Of a DNA stretch of 64,000 bases, positions 6,406 through 15,910 are shown piece by piece. Under the pieces are notes generated by a model. That model worked only from the letters and a program-made list of their open reading frames with translations, did not search any database and had not been told where the DNA came from. The DNA is from a virus. The position numbers and the translations under genes are program-made. Every line of letters begins with the position of its first letter. Positions within the stretch are counted from its first letter, which is position 1. The stretch covers positions 1 through 64,000 of the IMG/VR virus record IMGVR_UViG_3300023174_003433; one strand, given 5' to 3'.

Positions 6406-7334
6406 TTGAACTCACAATCTACCATAATTTCGGTCAAACAAGCAATCATATTGATTTCGTGGTCGGCCACAAAGGCAGATTGATACTGGTATTTGGCCAG
6501 TATGAGAACTAGTTGCGGAACCGAACTAGGTGTAAGAACATCATATAGTGAATCATATATCTTACGATAAATTTTTGTTGGATCATTATCCAGATTAGCA
6601 GTAACCCATTTACGAGTAGATGCAAAGTCTTTATCTTTTAAAGATGAAATTAGTGACTCAAATTGTATATCACTAATATTAGAAAGGATGCCAGTATCAA
6701 TGGTGCCAGATACCGAGTATCGTTGCAATTCGTTAAGAATTCTACGATGGTCTGGGAAGTGTTTTGTGATAACTGCCGCCACGACATCTTTTGAATATTT
6801 GACACCTTCTTGCTCAAGAATACTTTCAACTCTTTTAAAGAACTGTGACGCCAGCTTTGGTTTAGAACCGTTGATTTTAAAATCGATGACAGAACACCGA
6901 GAATGGATTGGATCGATGATACGGTTTTTGAAATTACATGTGAAGATGAATGAGCAGTTTGATGCAAATTCTTCAATGGCTCCCCGTAAAGCAGGTTGAG
7001 TTGAATTAGGATTGAGATAATCAGCCTCATCAATGATGACAACTTTTCTGCCACCAGCCAAAGAAACTGACGAAGCATAGTTTTTAATTTTGTTACGGAG
7101 AACATCAATGCCAGACTCATCAGAGCCATTGATGACAATATAATCGCAACCAACCTCATTACACAATGCTTTAGCAACTGTTGTTTTTCCAACACCTGCC
7201 GTACCAGATAAAAGAAGATTTGGTATTTCTTTTCTCTTAACGAACTCCTGAAAAGTTTCCTTGAGCGCATCGGGAAGAATACAATCTTCAATTGTTTTTG
7301 GCCGATACTTCTCGACCCATAGTAAATGTTCCAT
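6402..7334 (-). CDS. gp44: clamp loader large subunit (AAA+)
   Basis: LWVEKYRP, GTAGVGKT, IIDEAD, SRC. Confidence 0.97.
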   Translation of the reverse strand: MEHLLWVEKYRPKTIEDCILPDALKETFQEFVKRKEIPNLLLSGTAGVGKTTVAKALCNEVGCDYIVINGSDESGIDVLRNKIKNYASSVSLAGGRKVVIIDEADYLNPNSTQPALRGAIEEFASNCSFIFTCNFKNRIIDPIHSRCSVIDFKINGSKPKLASQFFKRVESILEQEGVKYSKDVVAAVITKHFPDHRRILNELQRYSVSGTIDTGILSNISDIQFESLISSLKDKDFASTRKWVTANLDNDPTKIYRKIYDSLYDVLTPSSVPQLVLILAKYQYQSAFVADHEINMIACLTEIMVDCEFK

Positions 7335-7366
7335 TCAAAACTCCCATAATATAATTTACAACAATA

Positions 7367-7555
7367 CTACTCAACAGCGTTTAAACGACCTACTGTTTCA
7401 AGATAATCTTCATCTACTGCAATGTTACCATTTATAATACTAATAACTGTTTTTCCTTTTTGTTCACCTTCTGTAGCCGTAAAGACAGCCACAACATGTT
7501 TAGGATTAATTGCAATACTTGATTTTGAAATTGCTTCAGTAAAGTGTAACATCAT
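7367..7555 (-). CDS. hypothetical protein
   Basis: 62-aa ORF between gp45 and gp44. Confidence 0.6.
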   Translation of the reverse strand: MMLHFTEAISKSSIAINPKHVVAVFTATEGEQKGKTVISIINGNIAVDEDYLETVGRLNAVE

Positions 7556-7557
7556 TA

Positions 7558-8229
7558 CTATTCTCCAATCTTGGTTTCTTTTGCTTCAAAAGCAATCCAA
7601 TACTGAATGTCATCTTTGGTGTTTTTGAAATGACCGATTCCTTTGAAAGAAATCTTCACATTATAACTACCAGAAATTAATTTAATATTTTCTGTTTTGA
7701 ATACGATGCTGTATTTTGAACCATTACCAGTGCCAACTTCAATTGTGTTTGTGTGTGCGGCATTATTGTTTGCATCAAAAGTAACGATTTCAATTTTCTC
7801 GCCATCAGATTTGACGGCAATATTTGGTGACGAAACAACACTTGCTGATTTAAGCAAAGAATCCAAATCTTCTGATGTCAAAGTAAATTCACAATCAACA
7901 GAAGGCAAAGTAATTTCTTTTTCAGGTGGTGTTACAATCATTTCTTTGGCAGTCATTCTGTAGTTGCCAGAGCGTTTACCTACTTTAAAAATAACATCAG
8001 ATTCCGTAAAATCGATTTCAGAATCTTTATAGAGGCTATGAATTGATAAGAATTCATTCAAATCATAGATACAGAATTCTTTTGGAAATTCATCTTTAAG
8101 ATTGGCTTGTGCCAAAACAGTTTTACCAGAAGATACTGTGGTAAGTTTGTTGCCTTTTTTGAATTGAATACCTTGATTGATAGAAGAAAAGTTCTTCAAT
8201 ACGGTAAGGGTTTCATTTGATAGTTTCAT
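7558..8229 (-). CDS. gp45: sliding clamp
   Basis: MKLSNETLTVLKNFSSINQGI, IYDLNEFL, YWIAFE. Confidence 0.95.
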   Translation of the reverse strand: MKLSNETLTVLKNFSSINQGIQFKKGNKLTTVSSGKTVLAQANLKDEFPKEFCIYDLNEFLSIHSLYKDSEIDFTESDVIFKVGKRSGNYRMTAKEMIVTPPEKEITLPSVDCEFTLTSEDLDSLLKSASVVSSPNIAVKSDGEKIEIVTFDANNNAAHTNTIEVGTGNGSKYSIVFKTENIKLISGSYNVKISFKGIGHFKNTKDDIQYWIAFEAKETKIGE

Positions 8230-8584
8230 TCACTTCTCCATTATTTAAAAAATCTATTGTATCATGTTCATACAAAAACATCAAGCAGCACAGCGCATGT
8301 GCCAAGTGATTTTTACCAGTTTCTTGGTCATTTTGTTCACCACATTTCCAAGCCCAAAGATGCCGTTGTGCAGCATCAAAATATCTACGCTTTGAATCTG
8401 GTACCCATTTCCAATTATCTGGTTCATACTTCTCTGCACCAAAGGTAAGAATCTCTACTGTTGCCTTGAGTGCATTAGGTGGAATTAATCCATACTGCAA
8501 TTTACCACCATCAAACTTACGACCACCTGTTGTGGCCGTTTGTGAAGCTTTAACAATGTCTTTTGTTAAATTACTTCTTTTCAT
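8213..8584 (-). CDS. dATP/dGTP diphosphohydrolase-domain protein (DUF5664-like)
   Basis: GRKFDGGK, LTFGAEKY..DNW, AAQRHL, D.ETG..HLAHA. Confidence 0.8.
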   Translation of the reverse strand: MKRSNLTKDIVKASQTATTGGRKFDGGKLQYGLIPPNALKATVEILTFGAEKYEPDNWKWVPDSKRRYFDAAQRHLWAWKCGEQNDQETGKNHLAHALCCLMFLYEHDTIDFLNNGEVNETIK

Positions 8585-9402
8585 TACATCTCTCCTACGA
8601 AATTAGCCACAGCTGGCATATCTCCTTGGAAATGATAAGTGCCGATGTGTGATGTTTTCATCCAAGGACACAGGTGAATTTTTCCACCAATCTTACGCCA
8701 CATTTGGCAGAACATATAATCTTCTGAAAGATAACGGTCAGAACCACCACCAGTAATACTATTTGCAGTATCGATAACTGTATCAAAATAAGCATGAATG
8801 TAACGAGAACCGTCAAAGTGTGCTTGACCTACATGGTCGGGCTTATAACGAATCATTGGATAAGCACTTTCCATTTTCTTAAACACTTCACGTTTAATCA
8901 TCATGAAGCCAGTACCAATTTCCATAACTTCTAATGGCTCTGTAACGGAGAATTGTGCTGTACCTTTAACTGGATTAAACACATAATCACCAGTAACTTT
9001 CTCAAGCATACCAGGATCAATATCTGGATGTTTTGTTACGGCAGTTTTAACTGATTTCCATTTAATTGCTTTCTTAGGATAGGGACCACCAGATACTTCT
9101 TTATCCATAGCCAAGAGTGCAATCACATCTTGTGGATTAAAATGAATATCTGAATCAATAAACAACATATGTGTGCAATCGGAACGATGGAGATATTCAT
9201 CGACAAGATAATTTCTTGCTCGTGTAATTAGGGACTCATTGAATAAAAATGAGAATTTAACATTAACGCCATACTGCATACAAAGACCTTGTAAGTCAAG
9301 GCAGGCTTTCATGTATAGACCGTGATTCATGCCACCATACATTGGAGTGGCCACAAACAAACTTTTTTTCTGTAAATCTTCTTTTTTAATTGATATTTCC
9401 AT
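8584..9402 (-). CDS. GT-A fold glycosyltransferase-like protein
   Basis: VATPMYGG, ESLITRARN, FIDSD (DxD), GTGFMMIKR, SEDYMFC. Confidence 0.8.
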   Translation of the reverse strand: MEISIKKEDLQKKSLFVATPMYGGMNHGLYMKACLDLQGLCMQYGVNVKFSFLFNESLITRARNYLVDEYLHRSDCTHMLFIDSDIHFNPQDVIALLAMDKEVSGGPYPKKAIKWKSVKTAVTKHPDIDPGMLEKVTGDYVFNPVKGTAQFSVTEPLEVMEIGTGFMMIKREVFKKMESAYPMIRYKPDHVGQAHFDGSRYIHAYFDTVIDTANSITGGGSDRYLSEDYMFCQMWRKIGGKIHLCPWMKTSHIGTYHFQGDMPAVANFVGEM

Positions 9403-9419
9403 GTGAACTCCAGTATGGT

Positions 9420-9446
9420 AAAAAGGGTATACTTATAAGTATACCC
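9420..9446 (-). terminator. perfect 22-bp palindrome with U-tract (terminator, possibly also an operator)
   Basis: GGGTATACTTATAAGTATACCC followed by TTTTT on the minus strand. Confidence 0.65.
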
Positions 9447-9459
9447 AATTTACTTTTGA

Positions 9460-9747
9460 TTAAACTACTTCGTTGTGTGGTTGTTTAAAGCTGAAACCTG
9501 CGGCTAATGCGGCACGTACCATAGCTTTAGTTGGTTTGCCCATACGATACAAATTGAAACGAGTACCATCAGAACGGGTTTTTGTGTTTGTATAAATCAC
9601 ATGACCTTCTTGACGTAACTCATCGATGCGGGCAGACACATTTTGGATACGAAACATTGAACGAGCTTGGCTAACAGTTAGGCCACGATCTGAATGTTTG
9701 TTTAGATAGTTAACGATTTTTTGTTTTGCGGTTAATTGCTTTTTCAT
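9460..9747 (-). CDS. winged helix-turn-helix protein
   Basis: start MKKQLTAK with GGAG SD; LTVSQARSMFRIQNVSARIDELRQEGHVI. Confidence 0.7.
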   Translation of the reverse strand: MKKQLTAKQKIVNYLNKHSDRGLTVSQARSMFRIQNVSARIDELRQEGHVIYTNTKTRSDGTRFNLYRMGKPTKAMVRAALAAGFSFKQPHNEVV

Positions 9748-9795
9748 AAAAACTCCATAGTAAATTAAAAAACCTTGCTTATTGCAAGTTCTCAC

Positions 9796-9824
9796 ATCAT
9801 ATCATTATATAGATATAATGTCAA
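9796..9824 (-). promoter_or_regulatory. sigma70 promoter TTGACA-N17-TATGAT
   Basis: consensus with extended TG, upstream of the HTH gene. Confidence 0.7.
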
Positions 9825-9828
9825 GCGT

Positions 9829-11094
9829 TTATCGACCAACTTGTGGTAAATATTTTGCTTTCGTTTCTTCCCACGACAGGTAAATTAAATCGTCATAGAA
9901 AAGTGTTTCATATGAAACATTGTTTTTCTTTTGTAGTTGCCGAATACGACCTTTGGCATACTTTGTTTTCCATATATTGGACAATGCTTCTACGCTGGTA
10001 TCAAATGATTTTACCAGTTTATCTTCGGTAATTTGTTTGCAAAGGAACTCATTGGTATTATTATAGAGTGGACTAAAATAGATACCACGCTGATGTTCCG
10101 TTCTCGTTAATTCTTTTGGTATACCAAGTTTTGGATACGCAAAATGTAATGAACGATTTTTATGGTCACGCTTAAGTGGAAGTCCTTGTAAATTTTTGGC
10201 TTCCCACCATTCAAAATATTTCTTAGTGTGTTCTTCTTTTAACCATTCAAAAATCATTTTCTTGGTTGCTCTTGATGGTTCAAATGCCACAGAACCACTT
10301 GAGAAACCCATTTTATTCCAATGTTCTAGTCCATCGTACTGAGATAGACCGCCAGACTTAGTATTCCCATAAAGAGAAGTAGTTGTAACTCCAACAAGGA
10401 TATCTCCATATCTTTCCTTCCAATCTTTTTGAACTGTATCAGCCAAACAAAGTAGAGCAAGTAATTTACCGCCCATGTAATTGAAACCGAGTGGTTGTAG
10501 TGGAACAATAGTTGAACCGATTGCGGTATGATTAATCATTCCTTGTTGTGTTTTAACATCTCTATCCCAACCAATTGCTTTATCTCTAGGAGTTAAATCC
10601 AGAAAGTCTGAGGAGATACAGATGACACCCAAATATTTATTGGTAATTTCATCTTCAATCGTATAGAATAGATTACGACCAATATTGGAATTGTTCTTCA
10701 TTGTAGAAGAAAAGGTACGAATGGCATTCCACGTTTCTGCCAATTCACCGTTATGTAGTTTCATAACAGGTTTTAATTTTTCATAATCATCCGGTTCAGT
10801 AGGCATCCAGAAATTATTTTTAACTTGATTGATAAGTTTTTCTTGTTCGGGATTTACCATTTGACTTTCTTGGCCAAACAATGTAGATACTTCTTGAACA
10901 GGATATCTTTCTTTTACTTCGCACCATTTTTGATATAGAGTGTATTCACGAACATCCATTTGTGATGCATAAGTTAAATCTTCGGTAAGAACTTTTACTA
11001 ATTGTTCTTTATCAATGTGTTTAAATGTGGAAGGTGGGTTCTTTTCAGACCATTCGTTCCATTGTTTTTCTACATATTCAATTGGTGTCGCCAT
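9829..11094 (-). CDS. DUF4338 / DruA-like protein
   Basis: GRNLFY.IED, RDKAIGW, GGKLLALL, VTTTSLYG, SQYDGL match my recollection of the DruA/DUF4338 motif series. Confidence 0.7.
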   Translation of the reverse strand: MATPIEYVEKQWNEWSEKNPPSTFKHIDKEQLVKVLTEDLTYASQMDVREYTLYQKWCEVKERYPVQEVSTLFGQESQMVNPEQEKLINQVKNNFWMPTEPDDYEKLKPVMKLHNGELAETWNAIRTFSSTMKNNSNIGRNLFYTIEDEITNKYLGVICISSDFLDLTPRDKAIGWDRDVKTQQGMINHTAIGSTIVPLQPLGFNYMGGKLLALLCLADTVQKDWKERYGDILVGVTTTSLYGNTKSGGLSQYDGLEHWNKMGFSSGSVAFEPSRATKKMIFEWLKEEHTKKYFEWWEAKNLQGLPLKRDHKNRSLHFAYPKLGIPKELTRTEHQRGIYFSPLYNNTNEFLCKQITEDKLVKSFDTSVEALSNIWKTKYAKGRIRQLQKKNNVSYETLFYDDLIYLSWEETKAKYLPQVGR

Positions 11095-11663
11095 TAACGG
11101 ATTCTCAATTTCTTTATCATTTTGTTACGTTTATTCATACCAGACTGTAGTGCCATCGGTTTTACTTTTTCAGTATACACTATTCCATTCATGTGGTCAA
11201 GCTCATGTTGGAAGCAACGAGCAGATATGCCATTGTATTTTGCCGTTCTGGTTACTCCGTTAAAATCTTGGTATTCTACCTCAATCTCTTGTGGTCTGGT
11301 AATTCTAAGACCTAAAAGTGGAAACGATAAACAACCTTCTATCATATGGCATTCACCACTAGTTGAAATTATTTTGGGATTAAAAAACGCCACATACTCC
11401 TCATTGGCACCCATTACGAAAACACGATATGATAGTCCACATTGATTGGCAGATAAACCATATCCTTTATAATACTTGCAAGTTTCCACTAAAGAAGATG
11501 CAAGCGAATTTGGATTAACAGGAGGATTATCAAAATTAAATTTTGGTACAACTTGTTTTAATATTGGATTATCTTCGGCAACTAAAGGCAACACCTGTGC
11601 CTGAGGTTGTATTGGTTTTTGGTTTAATGCTTCTTCTGTATTGTATGTAAAAACTTCACTCAT
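11094..11663 (-). CDS. def: peptide deformylase
   Basis: GYGLSANQ, EGCLS, QHELDH. Confidence 0.95.
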   Translation of the reverse strand: MSEVFTYNTEEALNQKPIQPQAQVLPLVAEDNPILKQVVPKFNFDNPPVNPNSLASSLVETCKYYKGYGLSANQCGLSYRVFVMGANEEYVAFFNPKIISTSGECHMIEGCLSFPLLGLRITRPQEIEVEYQDFNGVTRTAKYNGISARCFQHELDHMNGIVYTEKVKPMALQSGMNKRNKMIKKLRIR

Positions 11664-13375
11664 TTTGCCACCTGACTAAAATTGTTTTTCTTTTCAAACC
11701 GGATGATACTCCGGAACTTATCAAATAATTGGTCACCTTTATGGGAGATAACAAAAATATTTGTATCAGAACCCATTTCTTGTATTAGTTTTAAAAACTC
11801 CTCGGTGCCAACACCATCTAAACTAGAATCAAATACTTCATCAAGAATTAATAGATTCGTATTGGTACTATTCTTTAGCTTGGCAATCTGTCGCCATGTA
11901 AACAATAGAGCCAAGTCAATACGCATTTTCTCACCTTCTGAGAAATTGGCATAACCAAATTCGTCACGATGCCTTGATTTGATTGTTTCTTCAAACGATT
12001 CATTAATATTAAAATTCACAAAAAAATCCATGGCAGTCAAATACTTATTAATCAACTTATTCATAATAGGTAAGTATTGACGAATAATCTTTGTTTTGAT
12101 GCCAGTATCTTTTAATAAATTGCCAGCAAATTCATAGTATTGTTTTTCTGAGGAAAGTTCTTCTTGTTTGGTAATCAATGCAGCCAACTGAGTTCTAAGT
12201 TCCTTTAACTTAGCGTTTTCTTCTTCTAATGAATCTTTCTTGGTCGATAAATCACTAATTTCTTTCTTGAGTTTATCAATGTAAGAATGTGCTGCTGATA
12301 TGGTAGAATTATGTTTGATTATTTCGTTATTATGTGCTGAAATATGAGTATTGATTTCTTGTATCTTTTCAATACGATTATTGGTATCTTCGATTTGTTT
12401 TTCAATATCTTTTAAAGCGGTACCTACTTCACCTTTTGTTTCATTAAGTGTAACAATCTGTTGAGTTCTGAAATCGTGGTCAATACCTTGTTTACAAGTA
12501 GGACAATTATCATGGTCGTGATAGAACACCACTTCTTTATCAATCTTTTTTAAACGGGATTCAAGTTTAGATTCCAAGTGAATTAACTTGGTACTTTTTC
12601 TTTGTGTGGCCATTTGGTCGGCAATTTTACTCTGTAACACATCAATATGTTTTTGTATTAACATAATGTTTTTACCAAGAGTTTGGCATTGTGTTTCAGA
12701 ATCTTCTATTTCTTTTTGTTTTTTTTCAATCTCTGTATCGTTATGTTTTTTATGCTCTTCGATATTTTGTTTTTGAAAATTGATTCTTTCAGATGTTAAG
12801 TCCATCTCAAATTTGTTTTTGGTACTTGTATCTTTAATCAGAGCCATCTTTTCTTTAACTACGGCATTCATTGATGAGAAGATGCCGATGTCCAACAAAT
12901 CTTCAATGATTGATCTACGATCCGCTGGAGTTAATTGCATAAATGGAACAAACGAAGCCGAACCCAAAATAACAACTTGAGTGAACGATTTATAATTTAA
13001 TTTGAGAATAAATTTTTCTAAATGTTCTTGGTAATCTTTTGCCTTGGCATCTTGGTCAACCATGTTACCATTACAATATACTTCAAATGTATTTGGTTTA
13101 ATGCCACGAATTACTTTGTATTGTTTTTTACCAATAGAAAATTCAATCTCAACTATACAATCTTGTTGATTAATGGAATTAAGTAATTGTGGTTTATTGA
13201 TTTTACGAAATGGTTTACCAAATAAACCAAAACACAATGCATCCAGAATAGTGGACTTACCTGCACCATTGTTACCAATGATTAATGTGTTTGGTGACCT
13301 TTGTAAATCAATTTCGGTAAAATAGGTGCCGGTAGACAGAAAGTTTTTCCATCTAACTTTTTCAAAAATTATCAT
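11660..13375 (-). CDS. gp46: recombination endonuclease ATPase subunit (Rad50-like)
   Basis: GNNGAGKS, CPTC hook, FSEGEK, LDEVFD. Confidence 0.97.
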   Translation of the reverse strand: MIIFEKVRWKNFLSTGTYFTEIDLQRSPNTLIIGNNGAGKSTILDALCFGLFGKPFRKINKPQLLNSINQQDCIVEIEFSIGKKQYKVIRGIKPNTFEVYCNGNMVDQDAKAKDYQEHLEKFILKLNYKSFTQVVILGSASFVPFMQLTPADRRSIIEDLLDIGIFSSMNAVVKEKMALIKDTSTKNKFEMDLTSERINFQKQNIEEHKKHNDTEIEKKQKEIEDSETQCQTLGKNIMLIQKHIDVLQSKIADQMATQRKSTKLIHLESKLESRLKKIDKEVVFYHDHDNCPTCKQGIDHDFRTQQIVTLNETKGEVGTALKDIEKQIEDTNNRIEKIQEINTHISAHNNEIIKHNSTISAAHSYIDKLKKEISDLSTKKDSLEEENAKLKELRTQLAALITKQEELSSEKQYYEFAGNLLKDTGIKTKIIRQYLPIMNKLINKYLTAMDFFVNFNINESFEETIKSRHRDEFGYANFSEGEKMRIDLALLFTWRQIAKLKNSTNTNLLILDEVFDSSLDGVGTEEFLKLIQEMGSDTNIFVISHKGDQLFDKFRSIIRFEKKNNFSQVAK

Positions 13376-13391
13376 GCTATAATATTTTCAC

Positions 13392-13688
13392 TTATACAGT
13401 AATGTATTGTTTAGTATTTTCCGTATCTTGTATTAAAAGATTTTTCATGTGTTGAATTTGTTCTTTGCCTAGAGTGTTTTCGATCCATGGATAAAGAATT
13501 TGTTTTCCTTTTTCTTCAACTTCAGAATATAAAAGGTATTCCTTTTCTTCATATGTTAGATGGACAATGTATAATCTTTTATACTTATCTAAACAATGAA
13601 AAAAACGGATTTCTGTAACGACATTTTCTATTCCGTTTTTTGTTTCCGTACCAATTTGAGAAATTTCATAAGAAAAATTATAATTCAT
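13392..13688 (-). CDS. hypothetical protein
   Basis: 98-aa ORF inserted between gp47 and gp46. Confidence 0.6.
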   Translation of the reverse strand: MNYNFSYEISQIGTETKNGIENVVTEIRFFHCLDKYKRLYIVHLTYEEKEYLLYSEVEEKGKQILYPWIENTLGKEQIQHMKNLLIQDTENTKQYITV

Positions 13689-13689
13689 T

Positions 13690-14790
13690 TTATGCTTGTT
13701 CCGTGTTTAAAGCTTCGATATATAACTCTCGTAATACCGTTTTCAATCGGGTATTATCGATGTGTTCTTCTTTAATACCATCCACATACTTATTGATAAT
13801 AGTTATGGTATCTTCTGCTTGATTAACTATATCATCATCCAAACCTTCTGTCAAGTCAATTACATCTTCAGCAATGGTAATATCGACAGGATTAACATTG
13901 TATAGATTACCCATAAACTTATCAAATAGATAAGGATTTGTTTTATTGACTACCACAACTTTTACATATGTGTTGGTATATTTATCTAGGTTTTTACTGG
14001 TAATTTCCGTAATGCTTTGTTCCTTATCATCATACACGATACGATGAAACATCACATTAGGATTCTCAATAAACTCCAACTGGCGGCTAGATAAATCAAA
14101 AAGATGGAACCCTCTTGGATCATTATAATCTTGCCAAGTAAGTTCGTAAGGGTTACCCAAATACCAAATATTATCTGCTTGAGAACGATGGTGAAAATGA
14201 CCACTAAACACCATATCAAAACGCTTAAATAAATCACGGTCATATCCTTCATAATTTGGTATGCCACGATTCATGGAAAAACCAGCAATTTCTAAATGGC
14301 CCATACAAAGTGATGCATCTGTGCTTTCAATAACCTTTAGACTTTCATCATAATTATCGGCACAAATCCAAGGAACCATACAAATCTTTGTGTCGTAGAC
14401 CTGAATGTTTGTGGGTGAATCAATAACATTAATATTGTTGTATTCTTGTAGTAATAAATGTACTGAGTTTACATTGTTGGTATTTTTAAAATATGTGTCG
14501 TGATTACCAGCCAACATATGAACTTTAATGCCTTTGACATACAGTTTATCAAAGAACATTTCTCTTGCACGTTTTAATGTGAAAAAATTTATATATTTTC
14601 TACGGTCAAATGTATCACCCAAAATAAGAACAGTATCAATGCCGTTCTTATCAAGAATTGGAAAAAAAGTGTCCCGATAAAATCTTTCATAATATTCTAA
14701 GAAATGTAATGAATCATTACGAGCACCAAAGTGTTGGTCAGTAATAATTGCTACTTTAGTTGCGGTTTGGTTTTCTGTTGTCAACGTCAT
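13690..14790 (-). CDS. gp47: recombination endonuclease subunit (Mre11-like)
   Basis: TDQHFG, GDTFD, GNHD, SGHFH. Confidence 0.96.
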   Translation of the reverse strand: MTLTTENQTATKVAIITDQHFGARNDSLHFLEYYERFYRDTFFPILDKNGIDTVLILGDTFDRRKYINFFTLKRAREMFFDKLYVKGIKVHMLAGNHDTYFKNTNNVNSVHLLLQEYNNINVIDSPTNIQVYDTKICMVPWICADNYDESLKVIESTDASLCMGHLEIAGFSMNRGIPNYEGYDRDLFKRFDMVFSGHFHHRSQADNIWYLGNPYELTWQDYNDPRGFHLFDLSSRQLEFIENPNVMFHRIVYDDKEQSITEITSKNLDKYTNTYVKVVVVNKTNPYLFDKFMGNLYNVNPVDITIAEDVIDLTEGLDDDIVNQAEDTITIINKYVDGIKEEHIDNTRLKTVLRELYIEALNTEQA

Positions 14791-14917
14791 TATAATATTT
14801 AATTTCTAATACAGATTCGAGTGGTTGTTGGTTGGCAAACACAGTTGCCTCATGTAGTGTTTCAAACGATTTAAACCTTAAACTTCCTCCGCTCAAGGTA
14901 TAACTAACTTTGTACAT
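14756..14917 (-). CDS. 53-aa hypothetical protein
   Basis: MYKVSYTLSGGSLRFKSFETLHEATVFANQQ...; fills the gap between gp55 and gp47. Confidence 0.55.
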   Translation of the reverse strand: MYKVSYTLSGGSLRFKSFETLHEATVFANQQPLESVLEIKYYNDVDNRKPNRN

Positions 14918-14921
14918 TATA

Positions 14922-15458
14922 TCATTCTCCTAAAAACTTTTCAATACCCTTGGGTTTCTTTACCTCTTTTTTCTTTTCTCTGGCTTCCTCATAGTTCTCA
15001 ATAAACTCGGCAATATTGTCATACAGTTCAAACTGCCTTGAAGTACCATCTTCAAACTCCATTAATTCCATTTCATCTAATATGCCCATTTGTTCCGTGG
15101 CTTTATATTTAACGTACAACTGTTTCTTTTCTTTTTGTATTCTTCGTAAAAAGGCATAGTAGATGATTTGTGTAAAGTAAGCAAATGGATTCTTGGACTT
15201 ACTAGGATCAAAGTTGTCAAAGTACATCAAACAGTTCTCAATACCATCAGACATCATTTCATCACGATAGGTATAGTTTATAAAATTAGGTTTATGTGAT
15301 AGTCCTTCCGCTATCTTCATAAAGCACTCGCCAATATAGTTTGGAATAGGAGGTGGCGGTGCCTTATTCTTCTTGGCTGTCTTTTGTGCCTTCTTGTAAT
15401 CAATTAACGCCTGTAAAAAGTCAGCATTGTTTATATAATGTTTTTGTTTAGTCGCCAT
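14922..15458 (-). CDS. gp55: late-transcription sigma factor
   Basis: HYINNADFL, YIGECFMKIA, NPFAYFTQI; ATG 15458 preferred over GTG 15467. Confidence 0.95.
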   Translation of the reverse strand: MATKQKHYINNADFLQALIDYKKAQKTAKKNKAPPPPIPNYIGECFMKIAEGLSHKPNFINYTYRDEMMSDGIENCLMYFDNFDPSKSKNPFAYFTQIIYYAFLRRIQKEKKQLYVKYKATEQMGILDEMELMEFEDGTSRQFELYDNIAEFIENYEEAREKKKEVKKPKGIEKFLGE

Positions 15459-15476
15459 GTTTACCACATAATGTTA

Positions 15477-15505
15477 TTGACATTCGCTTGACAAGAGTGT
15501 AAAGT
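15477..15505 (+). promoter_or_regulatory. plus-strand (antisense) sigma70-like promoter TTGACA-N17-TAAAGT
   Basis: two tandem TTGACA at 15477 and 15488 in the region upstream of gp55. Confidence 0.45.
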
Positions 15506-15529
15506 CGAGTATGTCCTTGGTTGAAAGTA

Positions 15530-15910
15530 TTAATGTATTGTATCATTACCTTGGTTTAAAGTATTTAATTCATCCACAATCTCTTGTATTTCTTCATCAC
15601 TCATTTCGTTAACTGAAGCTTTTGCTTTCAACAAACGTTTAATCTTTTCCACGGTATGGAGATAATACTCAGAGAATTCTTCATCAGGTTCCAAAATACA
15701 AAGAACGTCTTGTATTTTTAATTGTATTTGATTTTTCTTTAATAGTTGTACAGGCAACCAATGACGCATGACCAAACCAGAATGATTTCCACGATAATCA
15801 ATCTCAAATGACATAGGTTCTTCAACGTCATAATATTGAACGCCGTTGGCTGTTACTGTACCAACAATATCTTCACCATTCTGTAACTTAATTATTTTTA
15901 TGTTATCCAT
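15530..15910 (-). CDS. conserved T4-like hypothetical protein downstream of uvsW
   Basis: IKIIKLQNGEDIVG...MRHWLP; typical position. Confidence 0.7.
   Translation of the reverse strand: MDNIKIIKLQNGEDIVGTVTANGVQYYDVEEPMSFEIDYRGNHSGLVMRHWLPVQLLKKNQIQLKIQDVLCILEPDEEFSEYYLHTVEKIKRLLKAKASVNEMSDEEIQEIVDELNTLNQGNDTIH

Noticed and set aside
6650-7291. 213-aa alternative-frame ORF inside gp44
   Set aside because: No recognisable motifs; composition typical of an off-frame read
9829-11094. Complete Druantia defence system
   Set aside because: Only a DruA-like gene is present; no DruE helicase or other partners in the window
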